From: Amoebidium appalachense
Taxonomy: Eukaryota; Protista; Ichthyosporea
Length of the DNA: 64,000 bases
Assembly (NCBI GenBank): GCA_963693365.1
Contig: CAVNZM010000001.1
Coordinates: 1-64,000 of the forward strand
Direction of reading: 5' to 3'
Shown here: piece after piece, positions 12,794 to 26,005 of the stretch
Layout: every line of letters begins with the position of its first letter
How positions within the stretch are numbered: the stretch's first letter is position 1
Position numbers and translations under genes: made by a program
The notes under the pieces: generated by a model
What the model was told of the DNA's origin: nothing
Database searches by the model: none
Seen by the model: the letters and a program-made list of their open reading frames with translations, nothing else

Positions 12794-13161
12794 GCTGACC
12801 GGCGTACGGAAAGATAGGGAGATTTGAAAAGAAAATATAGCTGTAAAGCTGTAGGTGCTAAACACAGAAGATGTGTTATTGCCTGCTGATCTGCTAAAAA
12901 CTGTCGTGCTTATATACCTACGGCTACCGAACTGAGCCAATCAAAACCGATCTAGTGTTATGTGAAATCTTATCCTGAGCCAATCAGACTCGGTCTAGTG
13001 ATCTGTGGAGATCTGATGTTTTGATCGGCTAATAGGTGCCCGTATGCGGGCAGCCGAACGCGAACTGCTAAAACATGAAACGAAGCCTGTTGATATCGGA
13101 CACCCATCCTACGTGTTTACCCAGAAAAATATTTATGTCAATAATTTCCACAAATAAAACC

Positions 13162-14031
13162 TCGACGAAACGATTGGCGCGCAAATGTGCCAGCACATCC
13201 GCGGGGGGAAGCGGCAGTGTGCCCGGCTGAATGTCGCCAGTGTTCTCACCTGTAATGGGGGGCGCGGGCAGGGCAGGTAGGTCCAGGTCAGGGCCGAGAT
13301 GCAGTCCCGGGGAAACCTCCCCGGGTGCAGGGGGTGCGGCAGGGGGCGCGGGAGGGTCGCGGTTGGTGAGAGCGGCCAGGACGCCAGCCATCTGGGTGCT
13401 GATGGCGGTGAGGGCGGCAAGGACGGCGTCTTGAGAAGTCATCGGCGGGGACGGCGGGGCCTGAGGAGGGACTTCAGGAGTAGAGGGGAGAGTAGCCGGA
13501 GGGTCCGTGGTGGTATGGGCCTCCGGAGGCGCGTCAGGGCCCGCGGGAGCGTTGGTCAGCCTGTGGCGGAGGTCGCTGCGGGTCAGGCGCTTAGGTGCCG
13601 CGGCATGGGTGGTAGGCTGAGGCCTGGCTTTTTTTCGGCGGCATGCTGACCGGCGGAGAGAAAGATAGGGAGAATGAAAAAGGAATATATAGCTGTAAGG
13701 CTGTGAGTGCTAAACACAGAAGATGTGTTTGTAGCTTGCTGATCTGCTAAAAACTGTCCGACTCGTGCTTATATACCTAAGCCTACCGAATTGAGCCAAT
13801 GAAAAATCGATCTAGTGATATGTGAAATCTGATCCGAGCCAATCGAAACTCGGTCTAGTGATATGTGGAATCTGATGTTTTGATTGGCTAATAGGTGCCC
13901 GTGTGCGGGCAGCCAACCGCGAACTGCTAAAACACGAAATGAAGCCTACATGGTTATTGTGATACCGAACACCCATCCTACGTGTTTACCCAGAAAAAAT
14001 ATTCATGTCAATAAATTCCACAAATAAAACC
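13162..14031 (-). mobile_element. Ngaro 5' fragment N2 (A repeat and gag N-terminus)
   Basis: A repeat begins ggttttatttg at 14031; gag breaks at ANRFV where the N1 5' end abuts. Confidence 0.85.
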
Positions 14032-14334
14032 TTTTATAGATTCCTTTAAGACATAACAAAGACGGGCTCTAAGATATGCTTCGGGGAGGAAACAGATCGA
14101 ACACGGGATAGGGTTTCGCCGGGTTACAGATATGCTAAAGGTATAATAAGGACGTACTTACAGAGATGTCTTTAATAGCGCCTGCTAATTAAAAGCCGGA
14201 GGGGTTAGGGATAGCTTGGAGTCATCTCTAACTAATAACGGTTATAAAGGGTATAGTTCAGGATGGGTTACGGGGTTTAGGATGTCCCAGAGTGGTTTAA
14301 GACGGGAAAAAGATGCCGGGAGATGTTTGCTGAT

Positions 14335-14757
14335 GGCGGCAGGGGCCGTGGCTGAGGCCTGGCGCTTTTTCGGCGGCATGCTGACCGGCGGAGAGAAAGA
14401 TAGGGAGAATGAAAAGGAATATATAGCTGTAAGGCTGTGGGTGCTAAACACGAAGATGTGTTTGTAGCTTGCTGATCTGCTAAAAACTGTCGTGCTTATA
14501 TACCTAAGCCTACCGATCTGAGCCAATCAAAATCGATCTAGTGATATGTGAAATCTGATCCGAGCCAATCAAAACTCGGTCTAGTGATATGTGGAATCTG
14601 ATGTTTTGATTGGCTAATAGGTGCCCGTGTGCGGGCAGCCAACCGCGAACTGCTAAAACACGAAATGAAGCCTACATGGTTATGTTGATATCGAACACCC
14701 ATCCTACGTGTTTACCCAGAAAAAATATTTATGTCAATAAATTCCACAAACAAAACC
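14335..14757 (-). mobile_element. Ngaro 5' fragment N3 (A repeat and first gag codons)
   Basis: A repeat plus MPPKKRQASATAPAA; abuts the last 9 bp of a copia A LTR. Confidence 0.82.
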
Positions 14758-15346
14758 AAAACAACAGGTTTACGGCCCCTTTGCACGCTAACACACAATC
14801 TCGTTACAACCGCGAAATTCCTCCGTACATACTGCTTCAACCATGACTGACAAACCGTCGTACATCAATCTTCCATAATGGAATCCGTCCGAGAAGAAAG
14901 ACGACAAGCGTCTCAACTATTTCGAATGGGAGCCCCTCATCCACCGCTTCATAAGAACCACCATTGCCGAGAAATTTGTTGACGCCATCAAGGCACCACA
15001 GCGGGTTGACGGCTCCGACGCCAACCAGTGGCAAGGCTACGGCACCAAGGACGCCTACAAGAAAGCTTCCGACGACCTCGACCAAATTCTCAACCAGTCC
15101 GTTCATCCTACAGAGCTCTACGACTCCGGCCGCATGCAGGACGGTGTTCACGGTGGAGAAGTCTTCCATAACCTGCGTATGGCTTATGTGGCAGAGAAGT
15201 GCAAGAAAAATGCTGACTACGGCAAAAAGTTCCTACTATTCTCGCCTGACTAGCAGAGTGTGCACACTACAACTAACACGTACCTGGGCACACATGCATA
15301 TGAATGAGAGTATACGTGGGTGATCAGGCCACTAAACTAACAGACA

Positions 15347-16000
15347 TCTATGAAAACTACTCCGGGACGTGTGTTGCCTCTAGGGGGACATCCCCTTGGA
15401 CGAAAGTGAACCTGCAATGGTTGTAAACCACGGCAAGCCCCCAGTCATCAATTTATTGATCCGTGAGGTCCATGTGCCCAAAAAACGGGGGAAGTCTTCA
15501 CCCCGTGAAAAAACAGCACGTATGTGTGGATCAATGGGGGTTGTGTGTGGGTGTAGGTGGGTGGGTGAAAAAGGAATATATAGCTGTAAGGCTGTGGATG
15601 CTAAACACAGAAGATGTGTTTGTAGCTTGCTGATCTGCTAAAAACTGTCGTGCTTATATACCTAAGCCTACCGATCTGAGCCAAAAAATCGATCTAGTGA
15701 TATGTGAAATCTGATCCGAGCCAATCATAACTCGGTCTAGTGATCTGTGGTATCTGATGTTTTGATTGGCTAATAGGTGCCCGTGTGCGGGCAGCCAACC
15801 GCTAACTGCTAAAACACGAAATGAAGCCTACATGGTTATGTTGGTATCGAACACCCATCCTACGTGTTTACCCAGAAAAATATTTATGTCAATAATTTCC
15901 ACAAATAAAACCTCTATGAAAACTACTCCGGGACGTGTGTTGCCTCTAGGGGGACATCCCCTTGGACGAAAGTGAACCTGCAATGGTTGTAAACCACGGC
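15347..16000 (-). repeat. Split direct repeats of N4: B2 15347-15434, A2 ~15566-15912, B1 15913-16000 (A1 ~27211-27599)
   Basis: Direct comparison of the copies; B1-A2 junction ttcataga|ggtttt equals the joined element ends. Confidence 0.9.
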
Positions 16001-16029
16001 ACGAGAGCAGTATGCTTGCTCCAAAGGTT

Positions 16030-17241
16030 TCACTTAAGAAGAGAGGCGAATACACGTGTGGTGGTGGCAGCAATGGAGGCCGGACGAAGTCGGGTATAGA
16101 TCAGGAAGCAGTCGGAGGACCACCTGCCGAGTTGTTTGATCTGGGAGTCGTCGACCCCGGCCTCAGCCAGTGCTGTGGCCCCCCCGATGCGGAGGCTGTG
16201 TCCGGCAAACCGGGAGGGTGAGAGGCCTGCCCGGGAGAGGAGGGCACGGAAATCGGCAGAGAAAGCACTCTTGGTGTAGGGGATGCCACCGAGACTGAAG
16301 AGGGGGTCGTCGGGTTGACCGGACGTTGTATCCAGGAACTGCCGGAGGACTCGGAGATGGGCTGGGGAGAAGTGGGTGAGGGGCAGGGCAGCTAGGGTGA
16401 CGTTGACACCTCGGGCCTGTACATCCGTCTTAGAGGTTGGCAGGTGGAGGGTGGCATGGGACAAAGTACCGGTGGGGGTGTAGCTGAACTTTAGGTCACG
16501 TCCTTCCGTTTAACGTGACGGGACGGGTCGAAAGAAGTCAGGGTTTTGGAGGTAAATTCCCCTGAACGGAGGAGACCACAGAAACCGACGATGAGGGCCG
16601 TCCATAGCCGGAGATTGGCCGAGGAGGCCGTGGTGGGGCACTGGCCCTGGAGTAGGCGGAGGTGGGAGGGGAGGAGGGGTTCCCTGGTAGATGAGCGGGG
16701 TCGGATGTTGTGAGAAAGCTGCCATCGGCCCACCCCCCGTAGGAACCAGGCCAGAGACTTGTCGTGGGGGTAGGGAGCAGGGAGGCCCTTGTCGAGGTGG
16801 AGCCTGGTGATGGCCGAATTGTAGCCGGTTAAGGAAGAGGCCTGTACCCCTCGTTGGGCACACCAGGCGAGAAAAAGTTGCACGGTGTGTGGGGGAGGCC
16901 GGGAGGGAGGACCCGGAGGAGGATTGCAGCCGAGATGCCACACAGAAATCGATGAACACTTTTTGCACCCGGGAGTAAAAGGCCCGAGAGTCGAGGTTGA
17001 GACTCAGGGCCTGGCATTCCTGCAGGGTAGTGGTGGCTCGAAGCAGCTCGGCCGGAGCAAAGTGGGGGGCCAATCTGCCAGTGTTGCTCCGGAACGGGAG
17101 ATCTGGGGGGGGGGGGGGGGGGGGGTTAGCCCAAGGGAAGGGATAGGTACTCGTGGACCCAGGAGGGGAAGGTGCAAGGCTCCGGTTGCAGGGAAGGTCG
17201 GAGTCGTCGGGCCCGGGGAAGTTGGTTACGAGAAATGGCAT
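16030..17241 (-). pseudogene. Tyrosine recombinase of N4 (two frameshifts, near 16890 and 16492)
   Basis: LLRSGE, SKTD, GHSLRIGGAT, LGRWSS and catalytic Tyr (LIYTR). Confidence 0.92.
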
Positions 17242-18798
17242 CGGCCAGATGGTTGAGGGGTCCTGGTAGGTAGGATGCCTGTAACGTAAATTGGTATTGC
17301 ATTTCCATGCGGGTGATGAACCGAATAAGTTTGGCCATCACGGGGTGGGGGGAAGACCGGGAGTGCAGGTCAGACACAGCACCCGTGTTGTCGCATAAAA
17401 TACGGACATGGTGGGTGGACCAGGAGGGGGCCCAGAGGGCCACGGCGGCTGCGATGGCCAGGAGTTCGATGACGGAAGAACCGAGTTTACCCTCATGAGC
17501 ATAGAGGGCTTGGGTGGAGGGGGACCAGGGCATGAAGAACCATTGGTCGAGCCAGTGGCCTCCTAGACCCACCGATCCGGCAGCATCAGTGGCCAGGGTG
17601 GTGTATGTGGGGGGTGTGATGAGGTGCACCCCATTCCATGATGTGAGGAACTGGTGCCATTCGGCTATGTCGGCCCGGGCGGCAGCAGTCAGTCGTCTGT
17701 GGTGGTGGCCGGCAAGGTGCGGGTGGGTCCGGAGAAGGGCCCATAGGCGCTGGGAGAAGGCCCTCCCGGGGGGAACCAGCTGGGCACACCAGGTGAGTTT
17801 GCCGAGGAGGGACTGGAGGTCCCGAATGGTGATGGTGGGCTTTGGGTGGGAAGTGAGGTCGAGTAGGTCCGAGAGCTTGGAAGCCGGGATTCGTGCCTCC
17901 ATGGCGATGGAGTCGAATTCGATACCGATGAAGACGACACGGGTAGCCGGGCCCTGCATCTTGTCTTCGGAGATGGCAATGTGCAGCTCTCGGCAGAGTT
18001 GCAGGAAGGTGGATAGGTGACGTTGGCACTGCTCTTGTGTGGGGGCGACTATAATCCAGTCGTCTACGTAGTGGCGGATGAGGGTAATACCGTGCTGGTG
18101 TGCCAGCCACTGTAGGGTGGACGCGATCCGTTCCCAGATGGCTGGGCTAGATTTCAGGCCGAAGGGCAGTCTGGTTTCAACGTAAAAATGCCCTTGCCAT
18201 TTGAATGCCAGTAAGTAGTGGTCTTCCGGTCGGATGGGCATGTGCCGGAAGGCAGCCTGTACATCTGCCACGGCCATGTAGCAGCCGGGGCCTGCGTCGA
18301 GAATGAGTTGGGTGACATCCCGGGCGCGAATGTACTGAAGTTCGTCGGGGTAGGTGATGCTGTCATTGACACTGCTACCCCGGGGCCAGGAGAGGTGGTG
18401 GATTCGACGGTATTTGGGGGGGTTCCCTTTCTTGGTAACGGCGCCGATGGGGGAGGAACGGTGGACCGGAAATTCGGCAAAGAATTGGGCCGGGGAGAGG
18501 GGGCCGCGCAGGTGGCCAAGGGCGACTTCTTTGGCAATATCCACCGTGATAGCGGCAGCTGCCTCCGGGGTGGTGGGTAGGTTGGGGCCCACCCGAGAGG
18601 TGGAGGGGCCGCGATAGCCGATGTCGACGCCGTCGACATCGTGGAGGAGTGTGCGACGAAGATTGGTCCGGGTAGGAGGCCAGCAGTTCCCGGAGGCGGG
18701 AGGTGTCAATGTGGTGCTGGGGCAGCGGGCGGGCTTCCGGGTCTGAGCCTCGGGGGAAGGGGTGGTTAGCAAGGGTGGTGTACCCTTGGGGGGATCCC
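17126..18798 (-). CDS. pol: Reverse transcriptase/RNase H of N4 (N-terminus cut by copia B1)
   Basis: ADVQAAFRH, LPFGLKSSP, YVDD; RNase H TDAA, IELLAI, CDN, ADAISR. Confidence 0.92.
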
Positions 18799-21700
18799 TG
18801 TTATAATACGTGGTATTTACATATTGTAAGATCTTCTCAGTTCGTGTTATGTTTTCATTCATTCACTTAGTGAAAGAGATGTGCTCCTTGTACGTAAATT
18901 ATGAGATCGATCTCCAGTGTATTTGAGTACTTGTAATCGTGTTGTGTCGGCTATATTCGTGTGTTTAGATATCGATTACAGCAACTGATTATAGGTACAC
19001 GAGTCTACCCAGTGAGGGAGAAACGTGTACATGTTATGTGTACATGAATATCTTCGGTTATAACTGTGTTTTGCTGTTCGTGTTTTCTGTCCTGCTTTCT
19101 TTTCTTTTTCCTCTTTCTTCTTCTTTCTTTTCTCTTTCTTTCTTCTCTTGTTTCCTTTCACATAATTATATTTCTCTCTCACTAATATACGTTGAGTAGA
19201 TTTATATTACTCGTTATGTTTTGATTGGTAGAAAAACACTTAGGCTACACTTTAGCTTGTCAGGTATGATTCATAGCTTAGTCAAACACTTTTGTTTTGT
19301 GTGTTGCCGTACTATATCCAATCAGTGGACTTAGTCAGAAAATGTCTGAGTCTTTGTAGCCGATGATAGGTTAGAAACATCACCTCTTTCCTCGTTACTC
19401 TTCACCTCTTTTCTTTCTTATAGCTGTGACCTATGGTGTGCGTTCCTGTGCCTCCGGATCTATCCGGGAAATAATCAGTTAATTGTGATTGGTTATTTTA
19501 GACATAGATCTGATTTCCGACTGGTCGGAAATCATGTATGGATTTAACTTAAGGGAATTTCAGGTATTTATTAGCGATCAAAATAAATTGAGTTCAGTCG
19601 TGTCTAAACATTGATGTCTGTTGTGTACACTGCTCCGATCGTTTCGTGCTTTGTCGTTGTGTGTGTTTGTGGTGTTTTCACACTGCACCACTGTGTCTCT
19701 GCTTTCATCCCAAATACTTATACAATTAACAGGTTATGCAGCCCTTTTGCACGCTCCCTACACACATCTAGCACTCGCGCTCGTTTTTCAATCATGGATC
19801 CAAACAAAACTGGCGTAAACAAAATCACCATGTGGAAAGGTGAAGGGAAGACTGGTCCCGATAGCAAAACCACCTATTTTCAATGGGAAATCATTTTTCT
19901 CGGCATGATGACCGGCACTAAAGGTGTCCGACTCGTGGATGTTGTACTTGCTGACAACTACGTCCCCCCTACCACCGTCGCGGTTGACGGTGAACCCCCC
20001 TTCTATGGCTACGGCACTACCGTTGAACTCAAGGAGGCCCGCAATTGCCTCCTGCTCCATATGATACAGAACATCGACCCTTCCGTCCTCACCACAGTTG
20101 CCCAGTACCGTATTGGCATGGACCCTGAACGGGCCATGTGGAAATTCCGTCAACACTACCTCCAAGGCAAACCCGATCAGATCCGCATCCTTCACCGTCA
20201 GTGGGATGCCTGTGCCCTTCAGCCCGGTGAATCATTCACCACCTACCTGAGCCGTCTGCAGACCATCGTAAACCAGCTCCAGTCTCTCCAAGATGAGTCC
20301 ATTCACTTCACTCGTCTAGCTGAGAAGTTCTTCAATGAACTCACCACCAGAGACGACCTCACCCCCGAGTTCAACCGTCTTATCGAAGACTATCACTTCG
20401 GTGATAAGCTATTCCCCGACTTCGAGTCCCTCCACAACCACGTCAAGGGCATCGAGTTACGTCAGGACCTCAAGATGCAACTCCGGAGCAACCGTGCCCA
20501 CCGTGCCTCCAAGTCCAGCATGGCATTAAATGCCAGTGCTATCCCCCGTGATCTTCCTCGCCGTGACTTACGCACCCGACTTGACCGTACCCCTGGTACG
20601 GACCTCCGAACTCGTCTCTCCCGTCAGCACACCCGATCCCGTTCCCCTCACCGGCCTGCCTTCCGGTCCACGTCTCGTTCCCCCAGTCGTTCCCGTTTCT
20701 CGGGTTCCCGTCGTTCTGATTCCCCGGCTCGTTCTAACACCCCGCCCGTGAAAGGATGCTCCTACTGCCACGAGCCTGATCACACGATCATCGATTGCCC
20801 TGAGCCGAAATGCCGTATGTCCAGACACAACCGTTCCCGTCAAGGCAGTGAGAAATCTGTCTCCTTTGCTTTCTCGGCATACAATGCTAGCTCCGTCCCC
20901 GTGTCCTCCGACCCTGCCTGGGATTCCGGGTGCAACATGACTGTCTGCCCCACCCGTGAGTTCTTCCATGACCTCACTCCCCTTCCGACACCGACTCCCG
21001 TTGCTGCCTTCAATGGCACCCCCGTCTTGGCCACTCACACCGGCCATATCGTCATCAACACCACCACCGACCATGGCACTGCCACCCTTACCATTGAAGC
21101 CTACTACACCCCGTCTGGCCAAGCCTTCCTCATTTCAACATCCCAAGCTGCTGCCGAATACATCAAGGGTGATTTGAACGATGCCTCCACTCCGTCATTC
21201 CTCTTCGACCGACTCACCGGCCGTCATCTCGTCAACCTCCGTCTACACAACGGTCTGTATTACTTCAAGGACTACACCATTCAACCACCCACTCGTCCTG
21301 TGGCTCTGGCTGCCACTACCAGTGTTAACCCATCCATCTGGCACCATCGTCTGGGGCACCGTGCTATGACCAGCATCAAGGACATGGTGAAACACGACCT
21401 TGTTATTGGTCTCCCCTCCTCTGTCCTCGACTGTGATGTTCCTGATTGTCATGGCTGCATTATGGGTAAAACCACCAAGGCTCCGTTCAAGGGTGACCGT
21501 CCTCACTCCAACATCCCCGGTCATGAATGGCATTGGGATTTTTTTGAGCCTACCACAACCTCGTACGGAGGTTCCAAGGTTGCTCTCGTCACTGTCTGCC
21601 GTGCCTCTGGACTCGTCAAGATCTACCCGATGGCCGACCGTACCACCACCCTGGACATTCTCACAGCTCACACCAACCTCGTTGCCACCCATGCCCCCTC

Positions 21701-24503
21701 CAAAGTTGGTGTCTACCACTTCGACTCCGGCTCTGAGTTCACCTCCAAGGCTACCCGTGCTTTTTGCCTCTCCCAGGGCATCAAGGCCAGCTATGCTCCG
21801 GTGGACTGCCCTCAACTGAACGGCTATGTTGAACGTCGTATGAGGTTCCTCCAAGAGATTGTCCGTTGCCTCCTCCATCAAGTCCAAGACCAGTCTCTGT
21901 CCCCCAAACTGTGGGCTGAGGCCCTCCAACATGCCGCCTACATCATCAACGTCACCCCGTCCACGACTGCCAATGGTCGTACACCATTCGAGGTTTTCTA
22001 CGGTGTCAAGCCCGACATCTCCGAGCTCAAAGTGTTCGGTTGCTCTGCCTACACTCACGTGCCAGCCTCTAAACGGAACAAGCTGGCCCCCACTGTCAAA
22101 CTCGGCATGTATATCGGCTATGATCTTCAATCACACTGCCACCGGATCTTCAATTCCACCACCCATCGTGTCGGCCTCTTCCGTGACGTGATTTTCGACG
22201 AATCAGCTTATCTCCCGTCCGACATTCCATCAACACTTCCGACCCCCGACACCACTGCTACCTCGACCACCCCATCCACCACAGTTGACACTGAAGATGA
22301 TGTTTGTCTGGTGTACTCTGGCCCCCCCTCCTGCCATCGTCGTTCCCCCGACACCCCCCCCCCACCGGCCCCCCTGCCCCCGTGCCCGTCCAGCCTGCCG
22401 ACCCTCATCCTGCCCCTGGCAACGTCACACCCATCCGACCCGGCTCCCCCGACAACTTCCACTCGGCCCCGTCCAGCCCGGAGGTTGCCCCCCCTGCACT
22501 TCCGAACTTCCAAGTTCCCCCCCCACCGTCTCCACCTCCCCCGGTCCCTGCACCCCGTCGTTCTGCCCGTCTACAGGGCAAGGTTGGACTTCAAGCCACC
22601 ACCACCCTCCCCGTCCCCCCCGGTCCCCCCATCAACATCGACCAACTACCCAAACTTGTCCGTCAACTGTGTTCCGGACCCAATGGTGACCAGGTCAAGT
22701 CAGCCCTGACTGCTGAATATCAAGCCTTCGTCGACAAAGACATCTTTGAACTTGTTGACCCTCCCCCTGGTGCTAACATCGTCGGCTTCAAGTGGATTGT
22801 CTCCGAGAAAACTCTCAACTCGGCTGGTGACACCAAGATCAAGGCACGTGGTGTTGCTCAAGGCTTCAGTCAGCAATACGGTGTTGACTATGAGTTGATT
22901 GAGAGCCCTGTCATCCGTCCGGCTGCTCTTCGTGCCATCCTAGCTCTGGCCGCTGTTGAAGGTCATGACATCCATCAACTCGACGTGTCTACGGCCTTTC
23001 TCAACAGCCCACTCACCGAGACCATCTACATGAAACAACCCCCGGGATTCATCACCATGGCCACACTTGGCAAGGTCTGGAGACTCAAGAAAGCCCTGTA
23101 CGGCCTCAAGCAAGCCTCCAAGGCTTGGTACGACTTCCTCGACGGCATTCTTCTTGCCCATGGCCTGACCCGTACTAAGACCGACCCGTGCATCTACCTC
23201 CGGTTCTTCCCCAACAACGATGTGGTTCGGGCTGGTAACTACGTCGACGACTCCACCATCACCAACACCCGGGGTTCTACTGCTCCCAGTGACCTGGCTG
23301 CCCACATCAGCAAGATGGCCAGCTGTCGTATGAGTCCATTTGACCGTATGCTCGGTGTTGATTTTAATCACTCTGATCCCCATCACCTCCACATGCACCA
23401 GAGGTCTTACATCATGGATATCATCCACGACTTCAACCTCACCGATGCCAAGTCCAAGTCTACCCCCATCCCTGCAGGCACCACCGTCTCCCTGGCTGAC
23501 TGCCCCCCCCCAACCGTTCACCGTGCCCTACCGTGAGTTACTCGGCCGTCTCCTCTGGGTGGCACGGTGCACACGTCCCGACATTGCCTATGCCATCGGC
23601 TTCCTTGGTCGGTTCAGCACCAACCCCGGCAAGACTCACTGGGACCCTCTCCGTCGTGTGGCCCGGTACCTGCTCGGCACCATTGACCTTGGCATTGACT
23701 ACAAGTACTCGGCCACCCAGTCCCCCATACTCGAATGCTACACGGATGCTGACTTTGCTGGTTGTGCCGACAGCAAGAAGTCTACCACCGGCTACATTAT
23801 CGAGTTTGCTGGTATGCCCATCATCTGGTACTCCAAGCTCCAGCCCATCACGGCCACCAGCACCACTGAGCTGATTGCTCTCAATGCTGGCACCCAAGAA
23901 GTTGCTTGGGTCCGTGACCTCTTCAAGGAACTCGGCTGTCCCATGCTTGCTCCGACTCCGGTGTACTGTGACAACCAGTCGACCATTGCCATCGTCAACT
24001 CCACCGGCATCAAGCACCGTACCAAACACATTGCCGTCCGGTATCACAACACCAAGGACTACATTGCCAGTGGGGATGTGGTTGTCCACTACGTTGAGTC
24101 AGCCCACAACGTAGCTGACATCCTCACCAAACCCCTCCCCGGCCCGAGTCATGTCCACCATCGTGCTCGACTTTGTTTACCGGATATTGTGGATTGACCC
24201 GACCTACTTCAAGAGTAATTTTCTCATGTTTACTACTTACTTTATCATCATCATTATTTCATATGTATTGCCTTTGTGGGTATGCCCACTTAGGGTTTAT
24301 ATATAAGGTTTGACCTGTACCATCACTCTCCTCTATCTTTCACTGGTTTAAAACCCAGTTAAACAAACCCCGACTATACACGTTATATATATTTGTTGTT
24401 TTTGCCCCGGTTCCTCCCCCCCCCTCCCCCCCCCCCCCCCCCCCCTTCCCCCCCCCCTTCCCCCCCCCCCCCTCCCCCCCCCCCCCCCCCTTCCCCCCCC
24501 CCT

Positions 24504-24536
<33 letters not shown>

Positions 24537-25575
24537 AAAAGTCCAAACTTTAATTTTGTTTTCCGTTTCTGTTCTCAAGTGGGGAGATTTCACTAGTTCA
24601 GTGGGGATATGATAACACAAACTTCAAAGTCTTAAGTGGGGATGTTATAATACGTGGTATTTACATATTGTAAGATCTTCTCAGTTCGTGTTATGTTTTC
24701 ATTCATTCCCTTAGTGAAAGAGATGTGCTCCTTGTACGTAAATTATGAGATCGATCTCCAGTGTATTTGAGTACTTGTAATCGTGTTGTGTCGGCTATAT
24801 TCGTGTGTTTAGATATCGATTACAGCAACTGATTATAGGTACACGAGTCTACCCAGTGAGGGAGAAACGTGTACATGTTATGTGTACATGAATATCTTCG
24901 GTTATAACTGTGTTTTGCTGTTCGTGTTTTCTGTCCTGCTTTCTTTTCTTTTTCCTCTTTCTTCTTCTTTCTTTTCTCTTTCTTTCTTCTCTTGTTTCCT
25001 TTCACATAATTATATTTCTCTCTCACTAATATACGTTGAGTAGATTTATATTACTCGTTATGTTTTGATTGGTAGAAAAACACTTAGGCTACACTTTAGC
25101 TTGTCAGGTATGATTCATAGCTTAGTCAAACACTTTTGTTTTGTGTGTTGCCGTACTATATCCAATCAGTGGACTTAGTCAGAAAATGTCTGAGTCTTTG
25201 TAGCCGATGATAGGTTAGAAACATCACCTCTTTCCTCGTTACTCTTCACCTCTTTTCTTTCTTATAGCTGTGACCTATGGTGTGCGTTCCTGTGCCTCCG
25301 GATCTATCCGGGAAATAATCAGTTAATTGTGATTGGTTATATTAGACATAGATCTGATTTCCGACTGGTCGGAAATCATGTATGGATTTAACTTAAGGGA
25401 ATTTCAGGTATTTATTAGCGATCAAAATAAATTGAGTTCAGTCGTGTCTAAACATTGATGTCTGTTGTGTACACTGCTCCGATCGTTTCGTGCTTTGTCG
25501 TTGTGTGTGTTTGTGGTGTTTTCACACTGCACCACTGTGTCTCTGCTTTCATCCCAAATACTTATACAATTAACA
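18799..25575 (+). mobile_element. Full-length copia B1 (LTRs 18799-19731 and 24643-25575)
   Basis: 933-bp near-identical LTRs, TSD ATCCC, PBS ggttatgcagccc, PPT aagtgggga. Confidence 0.96.
19794..24197 (+). CDS. gag-pol: Copia B1 gag-pol polyprotein (frame breaks in C homopolymers near 22330 and 23510)
   Basis: Order Gag CCHC, protease WDSGC, integrase HHCC and DDE, RT YVDD, RNase H is the copia order. Confidence 0.92.
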
Positions 25576-25585
25576 ATCCCGGCAG

Positions 25586-25616
<31 letters not shown>

Positions 25617-26005
25617 CGGCAGGGCCCCGGGGGGTTAGAGTAGGGCAGCTGGGCCCAAGTGAGGGTTGGCAGGGAGGGCAGCGGGGCCCTGTGCAGGGAA
25701 TGTGCCCGAGCACGCGGGGGTGTGGGCGGACACAGAGGTAGAAGAAGGGGGGGGGAGGGAGTGCTAGGTGAGTGTAAGGGGGGGGGGGAAGGCTCGTGGG
25801 GGGGGAGTAAAATTATGTGCAGTGGCCAGAATAAACGTCTTTGTGTAGGGACATTTATTCTTGACGCGCGCGGGCGCCGTAGTTGGCCTGCGAAATTTTG
25901 TACTCAGCCCTATTGGCCCGTTCTCCCGAGCTCCGTTTCCCTGTACTCGTGTGTCCTAGCTCCTAACCCCTATGTTCTAGCTGTGTGTGTGGGTGTGCGC
26001 GTAGA

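Larger units (their letters stand above)
3440..13161 (-). mobile_element. Ngaro-type element N1 (A1 repeat, gag, linker, RT N-terminus), interrupted by A1 and a solo LTR and cut at 3440 by copia C
   Basis: Segments 3440-4225, 10696-11007 and 11727-13161 are colinear with N4 and N5. Confidence 0.88.

Noticed and set aside
21243-22130. Long antisense ORFs in copia pol (also 53093-53980)
   Set aside because: Shadow frames caused by C-ending codon bias
22300-23540. Programmed ribosomal frameshifts in copia B pol
   Set aside because: Breaks fall in C homopolymers and differ between B1 and B2, so they are more likely sequencing or slippage indels
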